A stretch of DNA of 63,047 nucleotides, filler included, from Asterionella formosa (taxonomy: Eukaryota), in assembly GCA_002256025.1 (NCBI GenBank). It is 2 parts of 2 records of this genome, joined end to end, with 100 filler letters (N's around TTAATTAATTAA, not from the genome) between each part and the next. Parts side by side here need not be neighbours in the genome. Positions count along the whole stretch, not along the records: positions 1 to 31,490 come from NKIB01000656.1; 1 more part is not named here. One strand, 5' to 3'. Below the pieces are notes generated by a model. It saw nothing but the letters and a program-made list of their open reading frames with translations. It had not been told where the DNA came from and ran no database searches. Position 1 is the stretch's first letter. Each line of letters starts with the position of its first letter. The position numbers were made by a program, and so were the translations under genes. Shown one piece after another: positions 1 through 13,654 of the stretch.

Positions 1-579
1 GGATATGTAGCGATCAAGGGGTACTGGAAGTTGCGAGTGATGAAACCAGTCGAGCGACATGCTGGTCTGCCTTGCTATGGATTGTGAAGGAAGCTTGTAG
101 TTTTAGTAGAAGTTGTTGTTGTTGTTGTTGCGGCTGCTGTCGTTGTTGCTCACAGTGAGTTGTTCAATAAATGATGACTTCTTCTTCATCCAATTGCTCA
201 TCAAGGAAGGCAACGAAAGAATTTCAAGCAAGACTTAATTGACAATGCAATCAAGAGGGAAGAATGAACCATCAGCACATAAAGCAGGGATTATTAAATA
301 TATGCTACCGGGTGTACGGGTCTGCAAAGAGCACACCGTCATGAATGCTGATTACCAAGTCTGTTCGTCATTGCTGGCCTTTTTGCTTAGCTATCCGATA
401 TTTTGCTTGCTTCGTCGTGACGCCAGTCATTCTATCCAACATACCGGTACCAGGTACTATGGTAACCAGGTAACCTGGTACCTGGTACTTTGAATGTCAA
501 GAAGTGGTACCAGGTGCCTGGTACCGGAATGTACGACCCACCCTTCCATTATGATATTTTGATGCCATTGTTTTATTTA

Positions 580-2480
580 GCAATTCCCGCTCCAGCTATC
601 GTCTTGCCATTCGGATACTTAAAAGTAATTTTTAGGCTGTAAGTAATTTCTTAAGTAATTTTTATTTAAGGGCAATATGGGGCACATCCAATTTTTCGGC
701 AATAAAATTGCCGATTTTAGCATGACAAACAAAATGACGGTAATATGCATAGAGATGGTACAACAAGCGTAAAACAAACGAGAATGATTGTAACATGCAA
801 CATCAATGAAAATTGAACATAATGTTTGGAGCAACCAAAGTATGAAATGCGATGTAATAAGTAACATCAAATGAAAAATAGAAAAAAAATTGGGTTAGAA
901 ATGAAATAAAAAATAAGAGTTCCAATGGAGACGTATGCATTGTGAATCATTGTAGTACTTACACAGGCAACATTTGACTTTCCATCAACATACAATCAAA
1001 GACCAAAAGAAGAAGAAAAAAGCTTAACCCAATGTAGACCTGCATCGTTATTTAGCGTCAATGGTCTGGTTGCTGCAACCATGCGCATCGCTGTAGTAGC
1101 CTGACACCAGTAGCAGTATTTCCGCCACAGTCATTCCTCTCCACCCACCAAACAGGCAACCCTGATCATTCCATTCTGAGCAAGAATGATCGCCACGCTG
1201 CTCCAGCACTATTGACTCTCTCTAGCTGAGTACTCATGTAGCTTCTGTTACTAGCTCGCAGTAGAAATGTAGCAAAGCGCGTTAGTACAAGAAAAGCATT
1301 GCTTGGCGGCAATATTGACATAATTGTCAATGACTATACAAATCAACAAATGCGATCAACAACGGCACAATACCACATCTTCAATGAGTAGTCATTGATA
1401 AATGCATTGGTTCTTATGTAGATATGTACAATCGAAACAAAACGACAGTGCGTAACGACAAACAACGATGGAAGTGATCAAAACAAACCACGGAAGCAAT
1501 CAAATCTGAAAGTCGATAAATACAATCTACAATCCACATTCAGTGTTTCACTGTTGTACTTACCGATCCACTTCAACTAACATAACAAGCAGCAGACAAT
1601 GGGATAAAAGAAAGACGAACATTGCCTATTGCAAGCCCGAATAGAGCAAAGGCAGGCAAGATAGAGTGAGAACTATATTTGTGAGGACGAAATCGGGCAT
1701 ACGGTACGTAAAATCAATGAATATGTGAATGATATAATTCAACATTTCAGGTCTCGTAAAAAATACAGAGTCTACAGAGATAATATTGTAACGTGTTCAA
1801 AGTAAGCGTCAAAGCAGAGCTTAAACCATGCATGGTTGTTAGACTAGATGACTGCCGGTAACCGGTCCCAATATCCGTTAAGCATCATTACATACTACAT
1901 GACCGGAGCAAAAACTTGCCACCAACATCAGATGTATCGATATCATCGTTCGTCCGACGAAAAATGGACAATGCGACTACATGAATGCCTCGAGAAGACA
2001 AGCAATCCAACAATCAACCGCATCCGTTAGGCAAACAAGAATCGCTACTGGTGTCATTGCGGAACTGATTTCGATTCAAACCGGTCATGATGGACGACGA
2101 TTGGCATGGTGAAAGGTGAATTGCCGGAGTCCACTTTTCAGGAGATGAACGAAAATGAGGTCAATTCTATATTTAAATTATAAAAATCTGAATAGTATAT
2201 AAAATGGTTTCCTTAAGTAGACCCCTTGCCGATTTCGGCAATCCCAGGGCTGGATAACCGAGGGGCAATTGCTTACAAATTGTAATGCCAAAATAGGAAA
2301 TATACAAAGTATATTATAATGATGGGCAATGTCGGACCTTGGCAATTTTCGAGGTGAATATAGGAATTATACAAAATATATTTTATATGATGGGCAATAG
2401 TAGGCAAAAATTGACATTTATGCTTAATTTGTAGGCAGTAGGTCAGCGAATGAGGCGACGATAGCTAGAGCGGGAATTGC
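580..2480. mobile_element. Putative non-autonomous TIR DNA element (~1.9 kb)
   Basis: Imperfect terminal inverted repeats: gcaattcccgctccagctatcgtc (580) and gacgatagctagagcgggaattgc (ends 2480). The right-hand ~400 bp recurs inverted at ~37758-38250. No clear TSD. Confidence 0.55.
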
Positions 2481-2987
2481 CTCAACAATACCCTTCTCGG
2501 CGGCTACTTGCCTTCTCGTATACATGTGGACTCGACTGGGATGGCACTCGTACGGTCAACCTACATGCGCCACCCATCCTCGAACACATGTATACTCGCA
2601 GGCAAGAGACCACCTCGGGCGTGTATTGCCTTCAGCAACCGGTACGTAGTATTTCTATGTACGCCATTGCTTTTTTTCTACTAATAGTTAGCATACAGAC
2701 TATTCACTCTATACGGCGATCGGAAGAGTTATTACCTATATAATTATTATGTCCATTAATTTGAGTACCGGTAACTACGTAGTAAATGTTATGTGAAATT
2801 TGACAGTACAGTACAGTACAGTACAGTACAGGAGGGTACATTTTTATGGATTGCTAATATAATTAATTAAATAAAGCAATATAACGGTAACCATCGTCAT
2901 ACCGGGATATACAATGTATGTACTCTTAATTTCTTATGTGCCGTCAGTATTCCGGTAAACCTATAAACAAATCGTTCATGTTTAACA

Positions 2988-5030
2988 ATGGCGCCTCGCA
3001 GCAGCAGTGGCAAGAAGAAGGCCAGAGACTCAACAGCTCTGATTCCGAGTAAATGGCCTGAGTGCTGCCCTTTCCCAGAGGAGCATGCCTTTCTCAGCAT
3101 TTCGATTGGTAACACCAGCATCAAGTGGGCTGTTCACAATGGAGCACATGACAATTACAGCGCCCGTACTGCATGGAAGTAAGTACCTGGTACACTGGAT
3201 CTTGTTGAATTCTACACAAGGATCACCCAAAATCATCGAATATTTCAATACCGGTATGCCGGTACCATATATTGGTTTTGGTACTTCCATCAATATTACA
3301 CCAACAGCTAACAAAGATCTTTGCGATCCATCAATTCTCCATTCCACACATGCTGACAGAACGACGCATCTGGGTGAAGAAGACTTCAAGGAAAATAATC
3401 CCTTTCTCATCTTGTCTCGCTACCTCTCCAATGCGGGCCTCAAGCTCGTCTTCGGAGAATCCATGCAAGCCAGCAAGGAAAAAGCAGACGAGGCTGCTCG
3501 GCTCCGACCTGTTCACCTGCTCACCGTCTACTTCACGACCAACGAATTCGATCAACTCGCAATGATCGCTTCTCTCTGGAAGGACATACCCTGCAGGTTG
3601 ATTCAACTTCAACCTAATGATTTCTTCACGGAAGAACAAGGTCGATACGACACCATGGGCATTGATCGGTTGGCAACACTCCGCTGTGCTGGGAGCACTT
3701 TTGGCTTTCCTGTTTTAGTCATTGATGGAGGCACCTGTCTGACTCATACGTCAGCAGATGAGAATGGAAAGATCATTGGAGGAGGAATCTCATTTGGCTA
3801 CGGAGCTCAATTGCATTCGATTGTGAATCGCATCGACAGTGTGGCCCTAGACACGAACGTCTTGATGAAGGAAGCGAACGCCATGCTTGCAAAATGTCAA
3901 GAGCTGGATCCATTCCCGCAAAATACGGTACATGCGGTTTTGACCGATGTCATGGGAGGGATATCTACCAATCTTAGACGAGTGATTAAACAATATGTGA
4001 AGCGTGTGGGATCACCTGAGGGAATGGAAGACGACGGCATCACACCCAAAGCACGCCATGTAGTTATTGTCGGCGGCGACGAAGCTACAATCAGCGACTT
4101 GTTGAACCCACGGGCTCCCTACTTTGAATCGGATGAAACTATGCCGAATTATCATGTTCATACCATGAAGCATGCCATTGCACTTGGGGTCTCTTTTGTA
4201 CTTCACAACATAGTAGAGGAGACTCGTAATAAGAACAACAGCAAGCATGGAGAACTGATGCGGCTTCTCATGGGAAAGCGAGTGGCCAAGCATTTTGCAG
4301 ATGGAAAAGGAGGTATGGACGTCTTCCGGGGGACCATTATGGCTGTTAGTGATGAAGTAGATGATGCTTTCTTCGCCATGGTCAGATATGATGATGATGA
4401 CGTTGAAGAGTTGCAGCCGCCCGACCTGTTCAGTGAGTTCATTTCATTCAATGTTTTATTTGGTTCTTTGCAGCAATGTAAAGACCTAGCTTACATGTAA
4501 TTTTTCTTTGCTTTCCAGCTGCTTTGAAATTATACGTGAAGGTTGGAGAAATTTCGGTTGGAAAGCCAAGTGAAGACCTGATGGAGAGCTCTAGCAAGAA
4601 GAAGAAAGGTGCCGAAGATGCTTCAGCCGTTGTCCTTGCATCGTTTCCTGCAGTTCAAGCTCAAGCCGATAAATTGCACAAAGCTGCTGTTGCCGCTGCT
4701 ACTGGTCCTACCGTCAAGCCTGCGCCAACACCGACTGTCAAACGAAAGGCACCAACTGAAGTAGCGACTCCGGTCTCCTCTGCCAAGAAGAAGAAGGTTC
4801 CAGAAAAGCCGGACCCTCTTTCTTTCAAGGGAAGGCGGGCTGCAAAGCTATTTGATAATGTCGTGTTTTACGGGACAATTGACAATTTTACCGCCGAAAG
4901 TGATGGGGAAGATGAATTCTGGCATGTTACCTATGATGACGGAGATGACGAAGAGTATGACAGTACTGATTTAAAGATTGCTCTGAAGTTTTATGAAAAA
5001 GTCAAGGCTGATGATCCCAAGGGCAAGTAA
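2988..5030 (+). CDS. coaX: Type III pantothenate kinase (CoaX)-like protein with two C-terminal Tudor-like repeats; exons 2988-3178, 3360-4432, 4519-5030
   Basis: GT-AG introns 3179-3359 and 4433-4518 join three ORFs in frame. CoaX-type motifs SIGNTSIKW, GIDRL, VIDGGT, GGGISFG and VGGD. Two repeats of GxRxAKxF..F.GTI..V.YDDxDxEE. Confidence 0.8.
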
Positions 5031-5098
5031 TTATATCGATGACTGACATGGGGCACCTAGTTATAGTTCCATTCCAGTTGACTACTCTAGATTTGGTT

Positions 5099-6064
5099 TT
5101 ATGATGGGTTACTGTCATTGGCATAAGTTAACATCCCTGGCTTCTTTCGCTTCTTTGCAATTCGAGAATACCCAGTCTTGGCACTCTTTGCTGGCAATTG
5201 CCTTTGGCCTGGATGCATCTCTGATACACTTGTCAATGCAATTATAGAATTCCTTTCTGAAGATTCCTTGCTCACATTGGCCGGTAGGTTAATGGGCAAC
5301 ACTGTCCACCATTTAACAAACGCTGCCGCAACCAAGTCATTATCCTGTTTGGCTTCTATCTCATGTCGTCGCAAACTATCTTGCTCGAAAAAATTAAATA
5401 GCAACATAGACGACGTTGGCGAGTCGAGCGTTGACGTTGTTTCCACTTTGACAACTAGAGTCCCCGTTTCCTCCAGGTCGGCGTAAAAGATAGGAATTCT
5501 AACCACCATTATCTTCCCGTTCACCATGCTCATAGATATTGGCTCAATTTTTCTCAATGCAAGCAATGCATCGCACATGCTAGTCGCCATTGCCTTCGGA
5601 GGCGTTGACTCTATATCAACACCAATCTCTTCGGCATTTTCACGCAAATCAGATATGGTAAAAGGGATTCCCTTAACGTAAAAATACAGTGTGCTAGATC
5701 CTGACTTGGCTAGAATAGTTCCAAATTCAAGTTTGATGCATGATTCCCCGGTTGATTCCTTTCGTGAAAATGAAATCCTGACATCCAAGATGACGCAATA
5801 GAATTCAGGTGTACATTTGTCAGAGATTTCGGGTCTGTCAATCAATGGAGTTCTCCAGTAGATGTTCGTGCTAGAATTTTCTTCAAGCTTCTTTATTAAA
5901 GGAACGCTTCCGATCAAACCAGCCGCCAAATGAGTCGAGAACAGTTCCAAAAATAATGGAGAGATCATCATGGCGGGGGTATCGCCTGTTGAATACATTG
6001 CATGTGTTCGTTGATTCAATATCCCGTCTTGTTCTTGGCCTCGTTTCTGAGTAGTATACCACAA
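5099..6064 (-). CDS. Hypothetical protein (~300 aa; true start uncertain), basic C-terminal KKRKK patch
   Basis: 321-codon open frame, convergent with the CoaX-like gene and divergent from SCC2. No family recognised. Confidence 0.55.
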   Translation of the reverse strand: MWYTTQKRGQEQDGILNQRTHAMYSTGDTPAMMISPLFLELFSTHLAAGLIGSVPLIKKLEENSSTNIYWRTPLIDRPEISDKCTPEFYCVILDVRISFSRKESTGESCIKLEFGTILAKSGSSTLYFYVKGIPFTISDLRENAEEIGVDIESTPPKAMATSMCDALLALRKIEPISMSMVNGKIMVVRIPIFYADLEETGTLVVKVETTSTLDSPTSSMLLFNFFEQDSLRRHEIEAKQDNDLVAAAFVKWWTVLPINLPANVSKESSERNSIIALTSVSEMHPGQRQLPAKSAKTGYSRIAKKRKKPGMLTYANDSNPS

Positions 6065-6611
6065 GTCTGTATGAATACAGCACTCAATTTTGACATTTAC
6101 TATTTATCGTGGATGTTCAAATGAGGATGCCTCGTCGTCCCGACAACGATGGACAAAGTTTGGCGAGGAATCAGAGAGTGCGTGAGAGTCAACAAAACAT
6201 GGTGGGCTTCGATGTGTTTATTAGTTTAGCATCATGCAACTTTAGTACCGCGACGACCGTTATGTAACATGATTTCGGATGCTATGCCTGTTGTGTGATA
6301 CCGGTATGCATATTTCCTTTCTCCATCACACATAATGTACACGAGTATGAGTACATTTATTTTTAATTAAAGCCAAAATTTGATAAGAATATTTCTCGAG
6401 ATAGCGCGCCATAATTGTCAGAAATATTCTAAAGTTCATGCATTTTGGACCTTGGACCATTTTAAATTTGAATTTTATCTCCATTGTTCGTCATTCTTCC
6501 GTAGACATATTCGGACCGTTCTGTTACGAAGGATCATTTTATTTGTTTCGGAACAAAACGCGAACAGAGCAAATCCCACAAAAATTGCAATTCACGTCAG
6601 TCTTGTTCACC

Positions 6612-9600
6612 ATGGCGTTCCATCAACCGGTTGCCTTCGTAACTCCAAGATCAACCAGCGGAGACAAAAAAATCGACATTCAAATTGAAACACCCAATGG
6701 AGGCTTGTTTGATACTTTAGAAAAGATTGTTCTCACGGCTGAAGCTCGTTCTGATTTGCCACCTTCCGCTGCCCTCGGATCTGCCTCCAACAAAAGTATT
6801 TGCACTGTTCCTACATTTGGTGGTCCCCTAACTACAAAGGAGCTCTCTCGACTATCTTTGATCTCTACTTCTGCTGTTTCGTCGCTTTGTGCGGGAAATG
6901 AAGCGAAAAATAAAAGCTTTGGAAGCGTTGATGGCGATCTTTTGATGAATCTGATTCCCCTCCTCGAGCAGCACGTTGAAGCCGCTGCGAGCGTTGATTT
7001 GATCCGCGAAGCTTCCAAGGTTGTTGCAGCCAATAAAATTATTCACAACGGTACTTCTGGGTATACTAAATCAATGACAATTGACAAGGTAAGTGTCATG
7101 CGAAAGGTGTGTTATGCATGGCGCCGTTGTTTGAATTCTGACACTGATAGTTCGTGCAATGCAGTGGCTGAAGGGAGTTTCTAATCTGGATTCCTTCAAC
7201 AATCTCGGTCTAGGATCTGTTAGAATCATGATAGTGAAGAATGGCCTCGAAGCTGCATCGATTTTGCTTTCTATCATGATGAGTCCAGGAGTCGACGGTC
7301 GAGTCATCAACGAAGATTCGATAGAGAGTTGTATGGTTTTGCTGCGACAGCACCTATGCAAGAATGTGACTCCAGCTCTCACTAATACAGGTCATATGCA
7401 ATCGATTTCTATTAGCGCTGTAGACAAGCTTACTCCGACTCCGAAGAAGAGACATCGAGAATCAGGGGCTTCCAGAGAATTGGAACTTCAGAAGGAACTA
7501 AAGAAGGTTTACAAACATATCATTGCTACAATTCCACAGCTTCTATTGCTTTTGGAGCGATTTGAGAGTCTAGTTGGAATTGTATCATTGGATGACCAAC
7601 CTGTTTTAACTCTTTGCTCCACAGCACTTTCTGTGTTTACTATTGAGCCGACATCGTCTCAAAACGATGAGGGTTCCTATTGTCACCTGCTCCAAGTATC
7701 TGCAATTGATCTTGTCACCGGGATCTTTCACAAATATCCTACTCATCGTCATGTCATAATCGAAGATATATTTCCTGTTTTGTTGCACCTTCCGACTACC
7801 AAGAAGTGGATGCGATCGTATCCTCTGCCTCTGATCGCTGGCGAAACGGTTCGAGCGTCATTAAAGTTGCCGGCTTCTCGGCGCCTTTCATTCGCTGATG
7901 ACCATAGCCATGTGCAATCTTTTGCCATCCTTATCCTCTCACTCGTTCAGACGTGTGTTGTGATGCCAGGATTCGAGACACCTGAGGAATTCCAAGAGGC
8001 CAATACTGCAAGAGCGGAACGATGTGATACACCACGTTCCTCACCAGAGTTCAAGTCGGGACTAGCCAACTGTGAAGAAATGAGCGACCTGTTTGCGTCT
8101 CACCTGTTACAACGATGTTCTCGAAAGGGAGAGGAAGGCGGCGCTTCAGAGTTTAGACCGGTGTTGCAAAATCTCATTGATGATCTCCTTAAGCTTCACT
8201 TGTTACCGGAATACCCAGCTGCTGAAATGATTCTCATGTCGTTCTCTAGAATAATAGAAAATCACTTACACAAGGCAAGATCATCTGGAACAAAAGGTTG
8301 CACTAACAGTTCGTCAGTGGAATCAACCTACTTGACAACAGGTTTTGATGTGCTGGGGAAGATCTGCGCATCAGTTGCCACTGTACTTTTGTGCAATCGT
8401 GAGAATCCCCTCTCCATCGCGCGCCAGATCAAGGAAAATCGGAAAACCAGGGACAATGGAACAGAAGTCAACAGCTGCCATTGTGGCCGAACTCATACCA
8501 GCAATGCACTAATGGTCTGTTGTGACAACTGCCAGGGTTGGTCGCACGGAGAATGCGTTGGAGTGACGAAGGACATACTTGGGTCGCACTGGTTATGCGA
8601 CGATTGTAAGTTGAAGCAGATGGTGATTGCCGCAACCGAAAATTTCACTTTGCGAGGATCAAGAAAAACTAAAGGAGGTGCCAAGGAGATTGATTGTGCC
8701 GAAGTTCCTGAAGCAATGGAAATTCATGTCTTTCGGCAACTACTCCTCTCCTACCTAGGGGGCGCAAGAAGACAGAAGAATAAAAATTCCATGATTTCAG
8801 CTCGAGAGTTCCTTTTGGCTTCATGGGTGAAACAACTATCTGCTGTTGTGGAGCGATCCGAGGAAAAGGTAAAGTCTGGCCCTGACCCAATGCTCCTTTG
8901 TAGACACTTTCTTGAATTTTGGAATCGAACTGAGACCTTCGAAGGGATAAATGAACCTGTTCCAGCCTTAAATAAAGAAGGATATGTCCGACTCATGATT
9001 ACACTCACTGCAAGTCAATCTGAGCTTGTGAAATCATTTCCTCGTCAGATGGGTCTGCTGATGGGTCTCATGTCTGACGACAGTGCATCGAACCGAAAGC
9101 AGGCCGTCAAGGCACTTTCTCTAGTTCTTGAAGCCGATTCAAAGCTCATGTTACAACCCATAATCAAGAAGGCCGTATCTGGTCGATTTCAAGATGAATC
9201 GAAATCTGTGCGCGAGGCGGTTGTGTCACTTGTCGGAAATTTCGTCGTCCAGACTCCTGAGGTCGCGAACGCCTTTGCCTCCTCGCTTCTCCCTCGCCTC
9301 AACGACGAAGGCGTTAGCGTGCGCAAGAAAACAGTTCGAATCTTTCATGAAATTATGACTTCAAACCCAACATTCCGGTTGCGGGCTACGGCATGTGCTG
9401 TGATGCTACGACGCGCTGCCGACCCGAAGGAAGATGATAGCGTTCGTGATCTGATCCATGCACTATTTGCTGGGTTGTGGCTTTGGGGCGAGAACTCTCA
9501 TTTACCTCTTCAAGATTCTAGCGAACCTTTAATGTGTGGGGACCCGACATCATGTGCAGTTAGTTCCGATGCCGGTTTGGTAACTCCGAATTCAAAAGAA

Positions 9601-12089
9601 AGTACAAATGAATCTGGTGAAGTCGTATCTGCCAAGAATGTACCTCGACATAGCGTCGAGTCTAATATACAAGTGCGCTGTAGGATCGCCAGCGAGCAGA
9701 TGATTGAGGTTGTCAATGCCGCCAATAGCAAGGATGTGCTCTTGGCACTACTCCGTGTCCTACTTTCAGGATTTTCGGACTCAGACAAAGACCGCAAAGC
9801 CTCTGAACGCGAAAAACGAAAGAACACAACAATTGCCCATTGTTCTCACCTTGTGGATGCCTTGTTTGAGCACCTCCTCAAATTGGAGGAAAGTTGTCAC
9901 CACGACCGGAATGATTTTTCCAAAACCTTGGTGGCCGTTGTTCGTACCATAGGCGTCTTCGCTGAGGTCACTCCTCTTGACGTGCTCCGTCACATCAACA
10001 CTCTTTTACCCTACATTAAGGCCGACAATGGAGTGTCGAATGCAGTTGAATGTGATATCGTTTCTGAAGTTTGCGACACAATCTATGCGTGTTCTGCAGT
10101 GATGACAACCATGGAGTATCGCGAAATCTGTGATGCATCAGTAGCTGATGACTTGCTCCGTATTACGTATCATTTCGGAAACTCTGCGTTGAGTTCGTCA
10201 ATCAGAACCCTCTCGTTTTTAGCCCAACATTCTGAAGCCACTGACTATTGCGTCTTTTCAAAGCAGTTAATGAAAGTTGCTGGGACTTTCTATGGATATC
10301 TCGTCAAGAACTTGAACCTCACTAATAATTTCACCGAAGTCCATGTAAGGTTTGAATGATTGCATATTGTTTTAATATTTGTGCCTATAATATCTCATCA
10401 TTTTTATTTGGGTGCACGGCGCAGGTCAAAATTCGATCCAACGTGCATCGAGCGCTTGCCGTCATGGGGGCTCTGTGCCGAAACCATGCTAGCAGCGAGG
10501 GTGAATGTGACTCTTGGATGGAGGAATTGAATGACGAGATGACAAAAGAAGCCATTCCCTCAGAAGTTACCGGTGAGAAGTTGATTGAATCCTGTTACTT
10601 CGTCTTTTCGGAGTATCTTGCAAAGGAAGATGGCGAGACAAAGTGCGCTGCGTTGCGTGCCCTTGGTGGAATCTTTGTCTCGCGACCACGAGTTCTACTT
10701 GCAATGGAGCAGTCGGGAGCGATCTCCGAACTCATGTCAGACAATGCTATGCCAGAAATACAGCTTCAGGCACTTCGCAGCTGGCGCGAGATTTTGTTGG
10801 CTGAAGAAAATCGAGTCACTAGTGGAGAAGCCAAAGCAAAAATGGAGAAAAATTCAAATGTAACTTTGTCGAAGAAAATTCAAGGTGATCAAGATAGCGA
10901 TGCAACGCTAGTTGGCGGAATTCTATCTCAGCATGCACAGCGATTGTTCCAGTTGACTGCCTGTCGAAATCCCCAGACCAGACTTGCTGCTGTGGAACTA
11001 CTGGGGCATTTGCTCCGCCAAGGTTTGATCAATCCCATGCAAGCTGTCCCATTCCTCTTTGGACTTCAGGGTGATGTCGCAGCTCCCAATATTCGATCTA
11101 TAGCGTTAAAATTGCTGACTATCGAAAGTGAGAAGCGCCCCGAGATGATTCGTCAACGAGTTTGCGCGGGTATTAAGCAAGCATATCGATTTCAAAGACA
11201 TGTTTACCCTACACAAGAAGTGACGGGTGTTATTCAGACAAAATGCGGCGAAAAGATAATAATTGATTGCATCTTCAGCTCCGTTTTCAAAGACTGCATT
11301 CGCAGTTCGTCGAAGAATAAAGCGGGACTGTTCCGAAATCTTCTGTCGCTTTTCGAAATCGATCAGTGCGATAATTCGACGAAGGGGGACTCGGCAATTG
11401 AGATGATTCCATTGCTTTCCTTTGCATCGCAGGTCTTGGCACATTTACCGTACAATATAGTGAGCGATCCACTATTCCTTATCTTCAACATTCAAGGACT
11501 CGTTGCTTTACAAGGCCAGCAACTTGTTGACAAGATTGCAAGGTTTCTACAGTGCCAAGGAATCCCAAGTGTCACAGTTCACGATGAGTTGAATACAGAA
11601 GAGGATACGCTAGAGATTGCAGCTATTTCCAAGTATCCAAGTAGATTCAAAGGGGCATCAGCAATGAACGAAGCTGATTTTGCACTCGATCGCTTTGTTG
11701 AACTTTGTGCTCAAGCTTCGGCAGTAGTTCTCCTCCTTCGACTGAAGACTTTCCTCAGAACCAGCTACAATATCAGCGAAGCTCGTTGTCATGAGTATTC
11801 TCCGGATAACCAGCAGCGAAATTGGGATAAGATTGCGGTATCTCCACACTTTCCAAGTGTGTTTGATGCCACCATTCAGAGTTTCTTCCGATCGAAACCG
11901 CAGAATATGAAAGAATCAGTGAAACGCTCGAGCAACTGCAATGTTGACAAGGACGCTCTCATAAAGCAATACGCTGAATTTCGTTTGATGATGCGTATCG
12001 ATCAAGCTGCGGATGTGAAACTGGAATCCGATGATGAAAAGGATAACGCCAAGCCCAAGTTGGGCGATACGGGGGAAATGATGGAATAG
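6612..12089 (+). CDS. SCC2: Cohesin loader SCC2/Nipped-B-like protein with inserted PHD finger; exons 6612-7088, 7165-10344, 10425-12089
   Basis: In-frame GT-AG introns 7089-7164 and 10345-10424. Scc2 motifs LLPEYPAAE, RFQDESKSVREAVVSLVG, RLNDEGVSVRK, LRQGLINPMQAVP. C4-H-C3 PHD at 8476-8607. Confidence 0.92.
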
Positions 12090-12762
12090 TGATGTGCAAG
12101 ATCTGGCAGTTCAATTATTTTGTCACTCGGCATAGCAACAGTGATAAAGGCCTCAAGTTTTCATATCATATCATTGTCATTAGAGAAACGTATCCTTCAT
12201 GTACGAGTAATATAGCTTAACGTTATTATTACTGGTTAGGAGTCACGTAGTGCGCTTGGTTGCTTCGTTTCTGGCGGAGTGCTAGTGTTCGAGCACTATA
12301 ACCATCATAAGTATTAGGGCATGGAATCTCGAGATCATCGCAACTACCCTCGCTTTTATCAGATATAAGGATTTATTCGGCATGACATAGAACTACAGAT
12401 CTCAATCTATGCAGACTTGACCAGGGAAGAGCTATTCTTGTAAATGAAAGTATGTTTCTCTGACGCAAGGAAAAGTTCGGGGATCGAGCGTTGATCACAA
12501 AATTCCAAGAATGGGGTTGGCAACTATACCACTCGTATTTAGTTTCTCCTTTTTCATGATACAACTGTTGCATAATCCAAAACTTGTATTGAAGATAAAG
12601 AAAAATAGTTTGGGGGAATGCTTCAGTCTTGATTGCGTGGAAATATGTGCCAAAATATTCATTAAATGCGTTGCATCGGATACTGCCAGCCCTGGAGTTC
12701 AGGTACGTGCTTACATGTGGTCCAGAATGATAGGTATTCTTTATCATTCCGTTGTTGCTATT

Positions 12763-13476
12763 TTACTGGCGCGTCCAAAAGACAGGCATAAATATATTCT
12801 TAAACAAACCAACTTTGCCTTCCTTCTTTCGCCGCCTTTTGAAAAAGTGTCGGAGTAGGCTGGCACTTCGCTCGGATTGAACTCCTTTGACTACGTCCGT
12901 TATGTTATGATAAGGATGCTTTGAATCAAGCAAGCGAATATGGGTCTCTACTGCTCCTAACCTCAAGTCTGGCGCTCCATAAACCAAATTATTAATTCGG
13001 AATGCCTGACAAGCAGCCAAGCACATGGGACAAGGCTCGAGCGTGGAATAAAGAGTTGTGTTGACCAATCTCCAATTCTGAAGTCGAACTGAGGCCCGAC
13101 GAAGTGCCAGGAGCTCAGCATGTGCTGATGCATCGTGGTTAGTTTCCACGCTGTTGCCTGCTCTGGAAAGTATTTCATACTGATGATTGCTCCTTTGTTG
13201 AACGACTAATGCCCCAATGGGAACTTCTCCCTTTTCGCCAGCTTTTTCTGCTTCGTGCAAGGCTAATTTCATAAAATAATTTCGAACCGTAGCAATGTCC
13301 CAACCGTCATTCAAGCAAACAATTTCGTTTCTCCTCCATCGATGAGTGAATTCTTGCAGTGTCCAGGAATTTACAGTATTACTGGGTAAAAGAAATAGCC
13401 ATGTGGCGAGGTAGAAGAAGTAAATTCCTTTGAAACGGTAATGGCCCTTACTCGTAATATTATTGGTACAGATCAT
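12763..13476 (-). CDS. tadA: tRNA(adenine34) deaminase, TadA type, with hydrophobic N-terminal extension (probably organelle-targeted)
   Basis: Motifs GEVPIGA, AHAE, TLEPCPMC and LVYGA. ATG at 13476 is followed by the hydrophobic segment YFFYLATWLFLLP. Confidence 0.88.
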   Translation of the reverse strand: MICTNNITSKGHYRFKGIYFFYLATWLFLLPSNTVNSWTLQEFTHRWRRNEIVCLNDGWDIATVRNYFMKLALHEAEKAGEKGEVPIGALVVQQRSNHQYEILSRAGNSVETNHDASAHAELLALRRASVRLQNWRLVNTTLYSTLEPCPMCLAACQAFRINNLVYGAPDLRLGAVETHIRLLDSKHPYHNITDVVKGVQSERSASLLRHFFKRRRKKEGKVGLFKNIFMPVFWTRQ

Positions 13477-13654
13477 TGTAATCAATCTGTCAATATGCAA
13501 CACTAGGATGATTATGTAGCTTGTTCGAAAGTCGATACAGTGGCCTAAAGTTCGCGAAACCTTGATCATAATTTGAAATTTGGGATGATGGCTTGTTGGA
13601 ATTATCACATGCACCAACCTTTTGTGCCCCACATGCAACCTAAGATACGCCGTA

